Positions 1 through 13,100 of a DNA stretch of 64,000 nucleotides are shown here, piece by piece. Within the stretch, counting starts at the first letter, position 1. Each line of letters begins with the position of its first letter. The stretch spans positions 449,162 through 513,161 of the forward strand of contig OZ025706.1 in the NCBI GenBank assembly GCA_964019335.1, read 5' to 3'. A program made the translations under genes and the position numbers. This DNA is from Diplonema japonicum. Lineage: Eukaryota > Protista > Euglenozoa: Diplonemea. A model generated the notes under the pieces. It was given only the letters and a program-made list of their open reading frames with translations, searched no databases and was not told the origin of the DNA.

Positions 1-10
1 CACCTGCTTG

Positions 11-973
11 CTATGCGGCGAATCCTGTGAGCTTCTTAGGCTTAACGGCAATGGCGGTATACTTCGCTTTCCATTTGGATGCTGCTTTGAAGTTGCCTGT
101 GCGTTCCTTCAGCACTGAGAGACCGCGCAGGGGCTTGGGGTAGTCGGGGGTGACGCTGGTTGATTGCAGAAATAACACTTCAGCAGATGCGTTCTGGCCC
201 AATTCAAGGCAGTCGTACGCAAGCTTGCACAAAGCGGCGGAAGCCCAACGGCGATAGAACCGCCCTTTGAGAACACGTAAGTGTTTATTTTCAGATAGCA
301 CCTCTTGAAGGTGCTTCTCTGCAGACTCCGATGTGGAACACCCTGTGCACACAACGTCGACTTCAGGTGCCATGCTAAGGGACCTCCTGAGCGCTTCGAG
401 GCCTACATCAGTGACTCCAGGCAAACCGCACAACCACACCCTTCGCAGACTCGTTCGGGACAGAATGTCGGCTAAGACATTGATTGTTGTGTCTCCGATG
501 AGGGTTCGTGACAGGCTGAGGGTTTCGATGTTGGTGTCGGGGAGCGTGGACACCAGCTGTGCGGCAGTCTTGTCAGACAGTTTGTTCCCTGCAAGGTAGA
601 GCGTGGTCAGCTTGCTGCAGGCACCTACATGGCTCAGAACGTCTTTGAGTACACCGTCAGGCAGGTTGCAGTTGGTAATGTATAGCTCCTCAACACGGTC
701 GGTGGAGCTCTGCACGGCGTGGTGGATGGCACCGTACTCGTTCGTGTTGTAGAAGTACCTGTTGCTAATGTCGAGAACGTTCTTCGTGGGCCACCACTCA
801 AGACGCAGCAGCTCTGTCTGCTCTGCCTCATTCGCCGCTTTCGACTCATGCGAACCGGCGCAGAACAATGACCCTTCACTGGCTCCGTCGCTTGTTTTCG
901 CAGATGGCGCCTTTTCTGGTGTTATGAACCCCCCGCCCCCAGCACGCGCTCCTGTACTCCCACTGCTCCCCAT
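11..973 (-). CDS. Leucine-rich repeat (RNI-like) protein with C-terminal TPR-like helices
   Basis: 320-aa ORF with LxxLxLxxNxL repeats (LTTLYLAGNKLSD, IETLSLSRTLIGD). Confidence 0.75.
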   Translation of the reverse strand: MGSSGSTGARAGGGGFITPEKAPSAKTSDGASEGSLFCAGSHESKAANEAEQTELLRLEWWPTKNVLDISNRYFYNTNEYGAIHHAVQSSTDRVEELYITNCNLPDGVLKDVLSHVGACSKLTTLYLAGNKLSDKTAAQLVSTLPDTNIETLSLSRTLIGDTTINVLADILSRTSLRRVWLCGLPGVTDVGLEALRRSLSMAPEVDVVCTGCSTSESAEKHLQEVLSENKHLRVLKGRFYRRWASAALCKLAYDCLELGQNASAEVLFLQSTSVTPDYPKPLRGLSVLKERTGNFKAASKWKAKYTAIAVKPKKLTGFAA

Positions 974-1404
974 GGCCTACACGTGGCTCATCTTCCTTTT
1001 CATCGGCTTGTAGGTGGAAAAAGAAAAAGAAAAAGAAAAAAAAAACAATAAAAAGGAAAAAGAAAACCACTTTCCCCTTTTTCTCCCTTGCTTTCTGGGT
1101 GCTCCATAAATAAATAAAAAAGGCTGGGAATGAGAAAGAGAGGGAGGGGAACTTAGCAGGGCATGGGTGTGTGAGAATGTATCTTCTCCCTCTCATTTCT
1201 CTCTCATTTAAGGGTGGGGAAGAGCAAAGGGAGAAAGGGGACACAATTCAGGACCGAGGACAAACATGCATCGGCATCAACACCAGAAGATGCTCCCCAT
1301 CGTTGGGGTCCTATCACTATTTAAATATTGGTTCCTTTTTTTTTTTCTCGTTTTTCTTTCTCCTTTCTCCCTTTTCTTGAAATATATTGTTCAGTTCTTT
1401 TCGT

Positions 1405-1437
<33 letters not shown>

Positions 1438-1462
1438 CTTCCCTTTCCTTCGAGTCGTAGTC

Positions 1463-2022
1463 TTACTTCCCGATGAGGTGTTCCTTGAGGTAAGCGATGG
1501 TCTCCTCGAAGGTCTTGACAGAGTGACCCTGGGTTCTGGAGTCTTCGAATATTTCGTGATCGTTACCGCCCACATAGGTCTTGTCACCGAAGAAGTGGAT
1601 GGTGTCGAAGTCCTTCTCAACGAATCGCAGACTGTAGGTCTTGTCCCATCCGATGGGGAAGGCGTCAAAAGAGATCTGCCCCCCAATCGAGAATTTGAAG
1701 TTCCACTCAGTTCCTTCCCCGAACTCCTTCTCCAGTGCAGCGACCATCGGCTTCCTCACGTTGTGCTCCATGTCGTACTTTTCGAACTCGTCCCTCTCAG
1801 ACTGCGAGCAGTTCCTCCCAATCGGCGAGATGTTCACCATCCCGTTGCGGAGCTGATTTTTTTTTTTTTTTTTTTTTGAAAAAAGCACACACCTCGAAGA
1901 ACGTCCCCCTCTGAACAGGGATGTCGAGGTCCGCCACCATTCTCAGAACCGTCTTTGTGAACTTAGAAAGCTTCTGCTCACCAAGATGCTTGCACAAGTT
2001 TTGTTTGAAGATCTCTTCACCT

Positions 2023-2056
<34 letters not shown>

Positions 2057-2333
2057 CCCAACTTATTTACTATCCCATCCCCCACACACCATCCTTGAAC
2101 GCGTGAAGCCCGTTCTCCGCAAACACGTAGTCGAAGTTCTTGAGCACGCCGTCCCCAAGCTGCTCGTACTGCTTCACCAGGTCGCTGCCCCCGACGATGC
2201 CGATCGTGTACTCCTTCCTCAGCTCCGCCAACGCGTCGAACATCTCCTGCGTGGCGGGCTTCCGCGGCACCGTGAGTGTGCCATCAACATCGAACAGCAC
2301 CAATGTCTTACCGTGCTTTCGGTCGGTTGCCAT
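1463..2333 (-). CDS. PMM: Eukaryotic phosphomannomutase (HAD family), 3 exons; introns 2021-2089 and 1853-1892
   Basis: [18 protein letters not shown]|LRNGM, SPIGR, GGQISFD and FFGDKT..GGND motifs; GT-AG introns restore the frame. Confidence 0.95.
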
Positions 2334-2581
2334 TTTCTTTTTTTTTTTTGTATGTGCTGGTCTGGAGTGGTGTCTGCAATGCACACTATGATGGAGAAAA
2401 AAGAAATGCTCTGAAATGAAAAAAAAAAAATACATGACATATTGACACGCAGCAGAGCAACCACAGCGTACAAAGCTGCAATGAGATAACAAGGCCTGCT
2501 GTTCTAGATCTAGTCTTAAGGGGGCTTTTACACTCTCCCCTTTTGGTGAAGCTGTGTGGATTTGTTGTTTTAAATTGTTGT

Positions 2582-4273
2582 TTAACACACCCGAAGAGAG
2601 AGGGAATCAATGAGGGTTCGTGCCTCCCTCTTTGGGATGGTGATGGATGTGTGGTCGAGGCTGTTGACTGCGACGCCCTGCATGTTCAACGAGGCGACCG
2701 CTGCGCGCAGGTGGGTGCCGAAGGGGTTGTATTCGTCTTCCGCATTACTGCCGTCTAGCGGCATGCATGGCACTACGCAATACGTGCCCTGATCCTTGTT
2801 GAGAGACAACATAACTAAGGGGCTTGGTGTCTTCTCGCCTTCTATGAGCACATCCAGGATGCACCTCGCCAATGCTAGCAGCGATGCAGGGCGGGAGAAG
2901 TAAGCTAAGTCAGACGACGACTCGTTCACGAAGCAGTACCTAAAGTGCCCCACGTTGCGGATGTACCCCGTTTGGAGAAGGAACGCAGTCTGGCTAATAA
3001 GCGCTGCCTGGCTTGCCTTGGCCATGGACGATGCTTCATCCAACCGCCCACTGGACCTCCTGTTGTCTAGCACGTCGTACGCCGCCCAGAACATGCTCGT
3101 CCAGTCCTTGCCAGGGTCGTTAAGCACCGCATTGCAGATGTGCCCCATGTCTGATGCCGAGATTGGGATGCTGTAGCCCTGCTGCATGATGATCGACTTG
3201 AAGGAGAACGCCGACATGCCTGTCGTCCTGAAGTTCTCCGTAAGCATGCTGAGAAGGTCCTCGCGCTCCTCTTTGCCCCACAAGGTCGACCACTCGATCT
3301 TGGTGTCCTCTTCCTTGAGGCCAAGCTTGCCGTGGAGGAGCCGCTTGAGTTTGTTGATACCACCATCGGAGTCGAGAAGCTTCATCTTTGAGGACACGTA
3401 AGGCGAGTAGTACAGAGAATCCCACAGGGATGAAAGGCGCAGGAGGTACAGCTGATGTTCGAGAGCTTCTTCGAGCCGTATGGTGTGGAAGGCCTTGTAC
3501 TCAATGTTGTCCTTGCCGAGCCGCTCGTGTTGTGGTTTGAGAACGTTCTTCTGGGCGATGGTGAGGAGGTAGGAGGAGATGAGAGACTCGTACTGCGGTT
3601 TGGATATCTTTTTGGTGAGGAGAAAGTGCACAAGGGACACCGCAGCGAACCAGAGCACATCGTCCACATGGTGCGCCATCGCGTCTGCGGTGACTCTGTA
3701 CAGCAGCGTGGCGGTCGGCTGCCCGAACCAGTTCCCACGGTAGTACCGTTGTGTGAAGTAGGCGTCTTCATCGTCCTCTTCTGAGGATTCCGACGAGAGG
3801 GAGTCCTCGTCGTCAGCGTCCTTCACAGTCTTCCGTCTTTTATGCTTGTTTCTCTGCGATCGTTTGATGTGCTTCCCGATGTCCTCTGTCTCGCCTTGCC
3901 ACACTTGGATGTTCTTGCTTGTGATGTTCTCGTATCGGATTGGTCTGTGGGAGTCGATGACGTGTGCCTCGACGTCGCCTGAGGGTATGTAGTCGTCTAG
4001 AGGGTACCCACCGCCGCAGTTTAGGAAGATGATGCTCACTTCGCCAGAGGGGATGTCCTGCAGTGTGGACTTGATGGCCTCCAGGCCGTCAACGGGGGTC
4101 ACTGTGGGCTCCACCTTGTCGGAGAGGAAGAGTTGCATCATGATCTTTAGCGCGCACACCCCATCCAAGTCCGACCCTACTAAAACCTGCACTGATGCTT
4201 TCCCAGAAGAAACCCATCGTCCGCGTAAACCCTTGTACACATTCACCAGATCGGTGTCTCGCAGTAGCACCAT
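2582..4273 (-). CDS. CDC45: DNA replication initiation factor CDC45
   Basis: 563 aa; [23 protein letters not shown], acidic insertion, [17 protein letters not shown] and NPFG motifs. Confidence 0.92.
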   Translation of the reverse strand: MVLLRDTDLVNVYKGLRGRWVSSGKASVQVLVGSDLDGVCALKIMMQLFLSDKVEPTVTPVDGLEAIKSTLQDIPSGEVSIIFLNCGGGYPLDDYIPSGDVEAHVIDSHRPIRYENITSKNIQVWQGETEDIGKHIKRSQRNKHKRRKTVKDADDEDSLSSESSEEDDEDAYFTQRYYRGNWFGQPTATLLYRVTADAMAHHVDDVLWFAAVSLVHFLLTKKISKPQYESLISSYLLTIAQKNVLKPQHERLGKDNIEYKAFHTIRLEEALEHQLYLLRLSSLWDSLYYSPYVSSKMKLLDSDGGINKLKRLLHGKLGLKEEDTKIEWSTLWGKEEREDLLSMLTENFRTTGMSAFSFKSIIMQQGYSIPISASDMGHICNAVLNDPGKDWTSMFWAAYDVLDNRRSSGRLDEASSMAKASQAALISQTAFLLQTGYIRNVGHFRYCFVNESSSDLAYFSRPASLLALARCILDVLIEGEKTPSPLVMLSLNKDQGTYCVVPCMPLDGSNAEDEYNPFGTHLRAAVASLNMQGVAVNSLDHTSITIPKREARTLIDSLSLRVC

Positions 4274-4764
4274 GTTCCACCTGTTCCCGTGTGTGGAGGA
4301 GAAAACAAGGGCGGGGGGAAGAGAAAGAAAAAAGATTCCAGAGGGGAGAGAGGAGAAGTGTTAAAAAAAAGGGCTGTGGTGTGAATTTAAGGAAGGGAAA
4401 AGGGAGGGGAGGGAGGGGGGGGAAGAGAAAACTTTCGGAAAGCAGGGGTTTTTTTTTTTTTTTTTCGTTTTCTTTTTTCCCCCCCCCCTTTCTTCCCCCT
4501 TTCTTTTGTTTATGAGGGGACTTTAAAGCAAATCATCCCTCATCTCTCACTCCTCCTCCTCTCTCTCTCTTTTGTTTCTAAGAAAAAAAAAAATAAAAGT
4601 CATAATAAAAAAAAAAAGCAGGAAAAATGAAAGAAAAAAAGTGAAAATGAATCTAGTTTTTTTAAGGGGTATATTTTGAGGAAGGTGTCTTAATTCTCTT
4701 GGTTTGTCCCCTGGGCTATTCACAGCAATGGGGGGGAGGGGGAGGGGAGTGGCGAAATCCACTT

Positions 4765-4815
<51 letters not shown>

Positions 4816-4829
4816 TTTCGTTCTTTCAT

Positions 4830-5406
<577 letters not shown>

Positions 5407-5503
5407 GTTGGCAATAATCCTGTAGCGTTGTGGAGGGGAAAACATTCAAAAAAGAAATTGAAAGAAAGAAAAGAAAAGAAGCCCGCCGGTAAACGGTGTA
5501 AAA

Positions 5504-6673
5504 CTAGGGTCTGGGACCCACGGGCAGGGACCGTGCGCTTTTGAAGACGTTTGTGATGTTGCAAGCAGCTTCTGCAATCAATGAGGCGGCTGTCGCCTGG
5601 TGCATTGCGGCTTCCAGTGGCATGGGGCCGTTGCACAGTGAAAACAACGACGCCCTTGCCAGTGGGGTGCACGACGCTCGTATGAGCTGTGCGTTCGCAA
5701 CCGACCCTGCCACCACAGCCACGTGCGGGGGTGCCGGCAGGGAGGCGCACAGTACTGCGACGCCGCTGACCACCTTCCCCGAAACAGTCTGCTCATCGAT
5801 CTGACCCTCGCCGGTGATCACAAGGTCCGCCCCCTGCAGTGCACTGTGCAGCCCTGCAGCCTCCGCGCACACGTCAAAACCCGTTCGGATCTCAGCACCC
5901 AAGAAGGCCACACACCCAGCACCGAGCCCTCCAGCAGCACCTGCTCCCTTGAATTCCACGTCACAGTCCACTACCTTGGCCATGTTTATCATTCCCTCCT
6001 CTAGCTGTGCGAGCATGGCATCGGTGGCTCCTTTCTGTCTTCCGTAAGTATAAGTGGCCCCCGTGTGGCCTGTGAGGGGGTTTGTCACGTCGCATGCTAC
6101 TAAGAACTTCGTGCCCTTCAGCCTTGGGTCTGCGTTGTCATCCGATACTCTTGCTACACGGCTCAGGTCAGCACCTGCAGGGCGCGTGATTGGCTCGCCG
6201 CTGCTGTCGTAGAAGGCCAAGCCCAAGCGGTCTGCCATACCGGTGCCCATGTCGTTGGTTGCAGACCCTCCAATGCACAGGATGACTGTAGTGGTGCCTC
6301 GGGAGAGCGCGTCCAGGATGAGATCGCCGACCCCTGCAGTCGTAGTCTTGGTGGGGTCCTTTTCTGCAGCGGTCAGGAGTGCGAGGCCGCTGCATCTTGC
6401 CATCTCGATTACTGCAGTTTTCCCTTCGTGTATAAGCCCGTATGCTGCTGTGATGGGTCTTCCCAGAGGGTCTTCTACGTTGTTGACTTCAACAAGCTCG
6501 CCCCTTCCACCCCCTGCGAGCACCTCCAGGGAACTATCACCCCCATCTGCAAGAGGGCACACCACCACCTCTAACTCCTCACTACACATCAAGACACCAT
6601 TCCGCATTGCCTGGCACGCCTCGTCTGCGCTCAGACACTCTTTGAAAGCATTTGAACATGCCACGACCTTCAT
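5504..6673 (-). CDS. glxK: Glycerate kinase, class I (GlxK/GarK type)
   Basis: MKVVACSNAFKECLSA, PLADGG, IGGSATNDMG, CDVTNPLTG, GAAGGLG and ITGEGQID motifs; start placed at the ATG after a CAG acceptor. Confidence 0.9.
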   Translation of the reverse strand: MKVVACSNAFKECLSADEACQAMRNGVLMCSEELEVVVCPLADGGDSSLEVLAGGGRGELVEVNNVEDPLGRPITAAYGLIHEGKTAVIEMARCSGLALLTAAEKDPTKTTTAGVGDLILDALSRGTTTVILCIGGSATNDMGTGMADRLGLAFYDSSGEPITRPAGADLSRVARVSDDNADPRLKGTKFLVACDVTNPLTGHTGATYTYGRQKGATDAMLAQLEEGMINMAKVVDCDVEFKGAGAAGGLGAGCVAFLGAEIRTGFDVCAEAAGLHSALQGADLVITGEGQIDEQTVSGKVVSGVAVLCASLPAPPHVAVVAGSVANAQLIRASCTPLARASLFSLCNGPMPLEAAMHQATAASLIAEAACNITNVFKSARSLPVGPRP

Positions 6674-6896
6674 GTCGCACCTGTGGGCTGTGCTGGAAAA
6701 AAGAAGCACAAAGGGACAAAAAAGAAAACCTACGACTTTCTCTAAAGGCCGCCAAACCTTTCCCAACCACATGAAGATATCTAAGATTTTGAAAAGAAAC
6801 GATAGAAAAAAAAGAAAAAAAACAGGGGGGAGGGGAACGACCCACCCTAAACGAAGAAGGAAATACACAATAAAATACATAATAATAAGAGAAAAC

Positions 6897-7124
6897 TGCT
6901 AACTTGACCCTACCCTCCGGGGATGCTCAAAACCAATCCCCTTAGTTTGAGATGCCCAAGGTCTATCATTTGGGAAAGTTTCTGACCCGGCCCCCAAAAT
7001 TTTATAAATCTCAACGTCGTACTCCAAGTCTTCAGAAAGGTTTTGACCCTTTCCTCTAGGTGACTTTTAGAGACTTAGGGGGTGGACTTTGAGCATTTTG
7101 AATACTTTGGGGGTCAAGTTAGCA
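6897..7124. mobile_element. MITE-like element with 14-bp terminal inverted repeats
   Basis: TGCTAACTTGACCC ... GGGTCAAGTTAGCA in an intergenic region; no clear TSD. Confidence 0.55.
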
Positions 7125-7180
7125 CTCCGCCAATAATATAAAAATAAGAGGGGGAAAGGGACAAACTCTACCGCAGCAGC

Positions 7181-10100
7181 TTAAGTTTCAGGGCCCGAGT
7201 CTGGACTGACAGCAACGCCATCATCAGTCCTGGGGGGGCTGAGGGAGAAGGAACCGATCGAACCAGGGTCAGATTGTCTTCTGCCAGGGGCGTTGTCGAG
7301 CAGTGGTACCTCCTGCGCACTGCAGAAAGAAAGGCGGGTTGGTGAATTTGCGGGTGAGTGCGCCATAAGCCTCGAGAGCTGTGCTTCAGTAACGCGCGAA
7401 GTAGTGGCCACGGCAGACAGACCCAGGTGTAGCCTCTCGACTTCTGTGAGATACGTGTTGAGGATTCTATCTAGCATCAGCGCAGCCTTCACTACATTGT
7501 CGCCTCCAAGCAACAGGCAGCAGAATGTTCCGTAAATATCCGACACTAGTCTTCCTCGTGTCTCCAGCAACCACCCTAGCTTGTCTGTGTGCCACCCTAC
7601 GCCCTCCTCGTAAGGGTCCCCAATGTCTACGTCAGTCGCCTTCGTCGCAACACTTAACTCGCAGTCAGGGTCCGCGAACTTCGTGGCCAGCCTGCACCCC
7701 AACTCCTCTGCTTCTTCCTTCGTGTCCCTGAAGACCCTGAAGGTGACTATGGTGGAACCTTTCCTGACGTCCAGCACTTCGACATCCTCCGCTGGTAGCC
7801 CTGCTTCGTCCATGATCTGCTGCACGAAGTCCTGCTGCTTGTACTCCTCGATAGGCAGGTCCATTGTCACTGTCACGGGTGGCGATGGATACCGCATGGG
7901 CCGCTTCAGCTCTGCTCGCTCCGCTACCTGCTGCTGCTGCTGCTGCTGCTGGCGCCGTTCCCGTTGCAGGATTACTTCGAATTCATCTCGCGCCCCGCTC
8001 TCGCACCTCATGCGCAGGATGGGATCTTGTAACACCAGCTCCGCTAAAATATCTGCAGCACGGTCTCTCGCCGACATCTGATCTTCGTTCACCGAGGCTT
8101 TCTTCCATTCCTCTTCCAGCATGTTATCCGCCAGACTGCCATCTGGGTCTAATGGTGCCCCCTTTTGTCGCTGCTGCAGCAGTTCATCAACAGCAGTCAA
8201 AGCCAGCGACGAGCTCAGTGCAGACGGTAAGTTTCCCTTCGCCAGCTCATACACTCGGAGTGCCTTCCCTAGATCCGTCTTGCTTTCCCGGAGCTCGTTT
8301 AGTTCTGCTTCAGCTTCTTCTAGTTTTTCTAGTACAGAGCTCAGGGGTATGTCCCTCTCCTCTAGTTGCTCTTTGCATTGGCGCAGCTCCAAGTCGCATG
8401 TCTCTAAGTCACGCAGAAGCCTGTCGCAGTTTACACACTTCTTCTGCAGCAGAACCTCCACCTCGTCCCTCGACTCCTTTAGCTCTTTCAAGATGTCCTC
8501 GGCCACGTTCTCTGTCTGACTCACCTGTGCTTGCAGGTTTGTATTTTCCACCATCAACGCATTGTTGGACTGCTTCAATGTGGATTCGCTGTTCTGTGCT
8601 TTCTTAAGGAGGTCCAGTAGTCTGTCTGCTGATTGCACTGCCTCTTCCTTTTGTGCCTTTGCAAGTTCTAAAAGGTCTTTAGGGGGTCCTAGCTCTTTGT
8701 CGGTGTTGCACCCTATGTTCCTTTTGAACACCTTACTGGAGTGCGGCAGGTTCACTCTGGGGTCAGCCTCTGTGAAATCCATTCCCAGCACTTCCAATGC
8801 GCTCATCCCTGTAGAGGCATCTGCTGTATTGGCACTGTCGGTGTGCGTGTCTTTGTCACTAGTGGTGTGCGCTACGCAGCAGGTACTCGCTGTAGCCGTT
8901 TCAGGGACTTCTTGGACTCCGGCTTCGGCAGTAGCTGGTGCTGGTGTTCTGGATCTGTTGACTGCACTGAACATGCCCATTTGCTTGAGGACGGGCCCTG
9001 CCAGTGGTGATGTGGACCTCTCGAGTGTGTTGGTCATGTTTGCGTCAGTTTGAGAAGACGTGGCAGCAACCCCAAAGGATGGGCCGCAGGCCTCATCACG
9101 TACCTGGACTGCACTACCGTGTGGCTGCTTCCTTGTCTCTCCCACCTCGATGACAATGCGTCCGTGGGACTCGCTCTTAGGTCTTGCGCAAGTGAAGAGG
9201 GGCGGCACGGTCGGCAGTATGGTCGGCGATTGCGTCGTGCACGGCGAAAGTGTCTCAGAGGACACATCCGAGATCTCTGTGCTAGAGGCCTTGGGGTGCT
9301 GGATGTCGCTCCCCAGTGACGTGTGGCTCAGGTGGAGAGTACTGAGTCTCTCGGAACTGAGAACAGTGCCTACAGTGCTGACGTACGAATGCCTGTCACC
9401 TCTTTGCAGCCTTGGTATCGCGTGGCGTTCAGGAGACCACCGTTCAGGACTTCCCTCTTGCTTCTGTTCATCCAGACCGAGCGAGATGACGAGCTCAGCA
9501 CCGGCGGCAGGGTCAGAATGTCCAAGCCGCGAGCCCAGTTTAACTACTAAATCGTCTTTGGGGAACTTCATCAAGTCAATGACAACAGCCACTTGCCCGA
9601 TGCAGCCTGTGTAACTACAGACATCAAGGATCATGACTTTCTTGTGGTGCGGCTCCGATACGGGGTATGCAAAGGTTTCATTCCAAATAGTTTGCTTGCT
9701 TTGTGAGGTATACTGTGTGCCTCTCCCATCAAGGCTAACTGCGACATGCGTCGCACTCTCCGGGAGTCCCCTTCCATAGCACACAGTGACCAGCAGCTTC
9801 GCCGTGATCTCATCATTAGTGATTGTCATTGCCAGGTCATGGCACGTATCCTGGCACTCGACCACATTTGAAGCTGGAGATGAAGCAGCAGAGCTCGCGG
9901 AAGAGTGCTGCACGCATGAAGTGTCCTCTTCCCGCAGATACATGACGTACGGGTGCCATGACGGTGGCTCGGGTGGCTCTGGCTGCTTGTATACACATGC
10001 GGGGTATGGGTCGCATTCCTCGTCACTTAGCTCTTCCTCTTCTTCGTTTTTCATCCTCTCTGCCTCTTCCCTTTGCTTTGCAAGCATCTGTTCATATTTA

Positions 10101-13100
10101 ACTTGTTCTAAATATTTTTCGTACAAAGAACCCTCTTTGGACATCGGACGTTGGCTGGGACTGATGGTCAGCATTTTCCTCGGTGCCCGCCTTGGAGGAG
10201 AAGAGAACCCACTGCGCGCGGAACCCACAGAGTTGGTGCTACCGCCTAACATGTCCTGCTTGTCTTCTTTATCTTCTTTGTCCTCTTTGTCGTCCTGCAC
10301 GGAGCCGCCGGGGCTGTCTAGCATCATGGGCCCGTCGTAGGGGCTGGGACCGCGCATCATGCCAGCCTCACCTAAGATATCCAACAAGGACTCTTGGCTG
10401 AGGGGGGTTGAGTCCACACGCCTGATGGCGAGCATCTTCTGTTTGCGTTCCTTCCTTGTGCCCAGTCTCTTCAGGAGCGGCGGTTCAGGTTCCCCATCTA
10501 CAGGATTGATGGGGCTTGCAGCACTCTCATCATCACACGAAAGCGAGCTCTGCGACGGGGAAGTCATCACAGCAGGAGGTCTCGGCCGTTGGATACTACT
10601 GTGGTGCAGCACGCCACCGTTGCTGCACACCAGCTCGCCGTTGCTCACCATGAGGCCATCGTTCAACCAGCCGCCTGGTGCTCCCGATAAAATGGACACC
10701 ACTTTGCCCTTTTTCATACTCTTCTCATTGTCGAAGGTGAACCTAAGTTGTTTGTCTTTTATGTTCATATGAAACACATCTGTCGGGAGGAAAGCAGAAA
10801 CCAGGCAGGTTGTTGCCATCGACACCTCACCAGTGCTCTCGTCTACCAATCGGGCCAGCAGTCTCAGGACAGTGCCTTGGGTCACGGAGAAGAAATGAAG
10901 CCTGGTGTTGAAGATCGCCTTCAGCTCATCTGTAGATGCTGTCTCTGTTTTCTGCATCTCGGCGTCATCAACAGCGAGCCCTACGCTGTAAATGTGATCT
11001 CTCTCAGCCCCTAGCAGCGCCAAGACGGTGATGGAAAAGGCAGGCGTCGTTAGCGCAAACGTTGAGCTTTCAAGTGCGCTGCTGTTGGGTGACTTGACTA
11101 TCTTGACTGTGTGTGCACTGCTGTCGCAAACCTCACCAGGCTGCGAGGACTGCGATCCTTGGAGCGACAGGCCTGCCTGAGGAGTGAACTCACCAGTCTG
11201 TGGAGTAAAATCACCTGGTGGCTGGGAGTACTGCGACATGTTTTGAAGAGAAACGTCCCCACTTTCTGCTTCCGGTGAAAACTGCAGTAACCCCTGTGCT
11301 GTTTCAGCTTGAGTTTCGAAAGACTGCAGTTCAGCGTGGCGGGAAGCTTCCTCAGATGCATCAAACTCGTCGGGCGACGCACTGGAGTGCGAGTCGGGGG
11401 ACATGGCTGTGCTCAAGCTGTTCTTTGTGTCAACCACTTCGTGCTGGTAGAGACATCCGTCTTCTGTCCTCAAAGATGCAAACAAGATGACCTCAGCACT
11501 GGGCATCAACCTAACAGAAATAGGTTTCGAAAGGTCCGCGGTGCTGAGGCTCGTGGTGACCCCCTGGTGCTTAGGTGTCGAAAGTCGCATTGTGCTGTAA
11601 CCAGTTCCGAAGGGAAGTGTCACAGATCTGCATTCTTGCAGCTTGAACGACCTCCCATCTACGTCTATCACACAGTAATCACTGCCGGTGATTTTGACGA
11701 CAGTTAAGTCAATACAGCGCTCTCGCAGCTGCTCCCTCCGCAGTGCCCTGTCCAAGCGCAGTGTGGGCGACAGTGTCATGTCGTCGGCCAAAGACGCTGG
11801 GTGGCCATCAATGGGATGCATCACAACCTTTTCGGTTAGTTGTGTCTCGTACTGCACCACCTTGGCTTCAACTGTCAAGAAGCAAACATTAGTGCATCTT
11901 GTGTCAGTGGTGAGCTGCTGGATAGACGGCAGACTGGCAGGGTTGATTACCATGTACGCAGAAGTGGTATCTTTCCCGTGGAGGGTCCACCTAACGTGGG
12001 TTGGCTTCTCGCAGTGAGCGTGCAACGTTAGAGGTGCATCGGTAGCAATAGCCCTGCCGTACTTCGAGTTGGGGGGACAGTGCAGAGACACCTTTTCCGA
12101 GGTGTCAGCACCTTTGACACTCGACAACGACAGCTCAATAAGCATTTTTCCTTCCGGTAGTTCTAACATCGCCTGCTGTGGAGCCGCACAGACACTCTCC
12201 CTGCGCAGGGCCCTTTGGAGCCTTGTTTTCACTGGCAATGTGATCTCATCAGCACATGACATGCAAGACTCTAGAGCGGAATAGTACTTGTGCAGCAATG
12301 CTCTATTCCTGTGTTCCGACATGCGGTTCTCGAGGTAGCTTGCAACCTTTCTGCCTCGCTGTTTGCGGTGCCGCAGACGGAGGAGTTTCATCCATGCCCT
12401 GCACCTAATGAGGTTATTGGAACCAGTGAGCAACGCCAGGGCCGTGCTTGCCGGCGGTATTGTTTTTTGCACCTTCCTTCTCTCCCGCGGCACGGACGCA
12501 TCATGCGACGCTTGCCTGTAAAGAAGCTCGACACCCTCGAGAGCCCGCTTCAGCGCGTCGGACACAGACTGGTCGTAGTCGAGGTCGCCGCACCCCAGAC
12601 CTTCGTTCTCGAGCCGTGTGGTCATTTTGTCGATAGAGTCAAGCAGTGTCTTGCTCTCCTCCAATGCCGTTGTGAGGGGATGTACGATGTCCGTTTGGGT
12701 GGATTTTTCGCCGCAATGGACGGGCGTCCACTCGTCGCCTGTTGACTCGAACGAGGGCATGGGCTCTGGTAGCGGACTGATGGGCACTGGGGCACTGTGC
12801 AAGTCAGCGTGGTCAGCAACGATGTCGTCCTTGCACATCACACTCACAGGTGGCAATCCCAAGCCACACCTCAGCACTAACTTTGCATCAGTCGAGAGCT
12901 TCATGAAGCCATCTATGCTGTTTGCCGCTTCGCCCACAAGCCTGAATACCACAAACGCATCAAAGGGTACCGTGTGCAACAGCTGGAAGTCCTCTGCATG
13001 CTTCAACACACACCTTTCTACAAGCTTCGAAGTGAACACATCAACCTGTTCTGGCGTCTGCTGCTCCAGCCACATCATGGGTGACGTGCGATCTCTCAGA

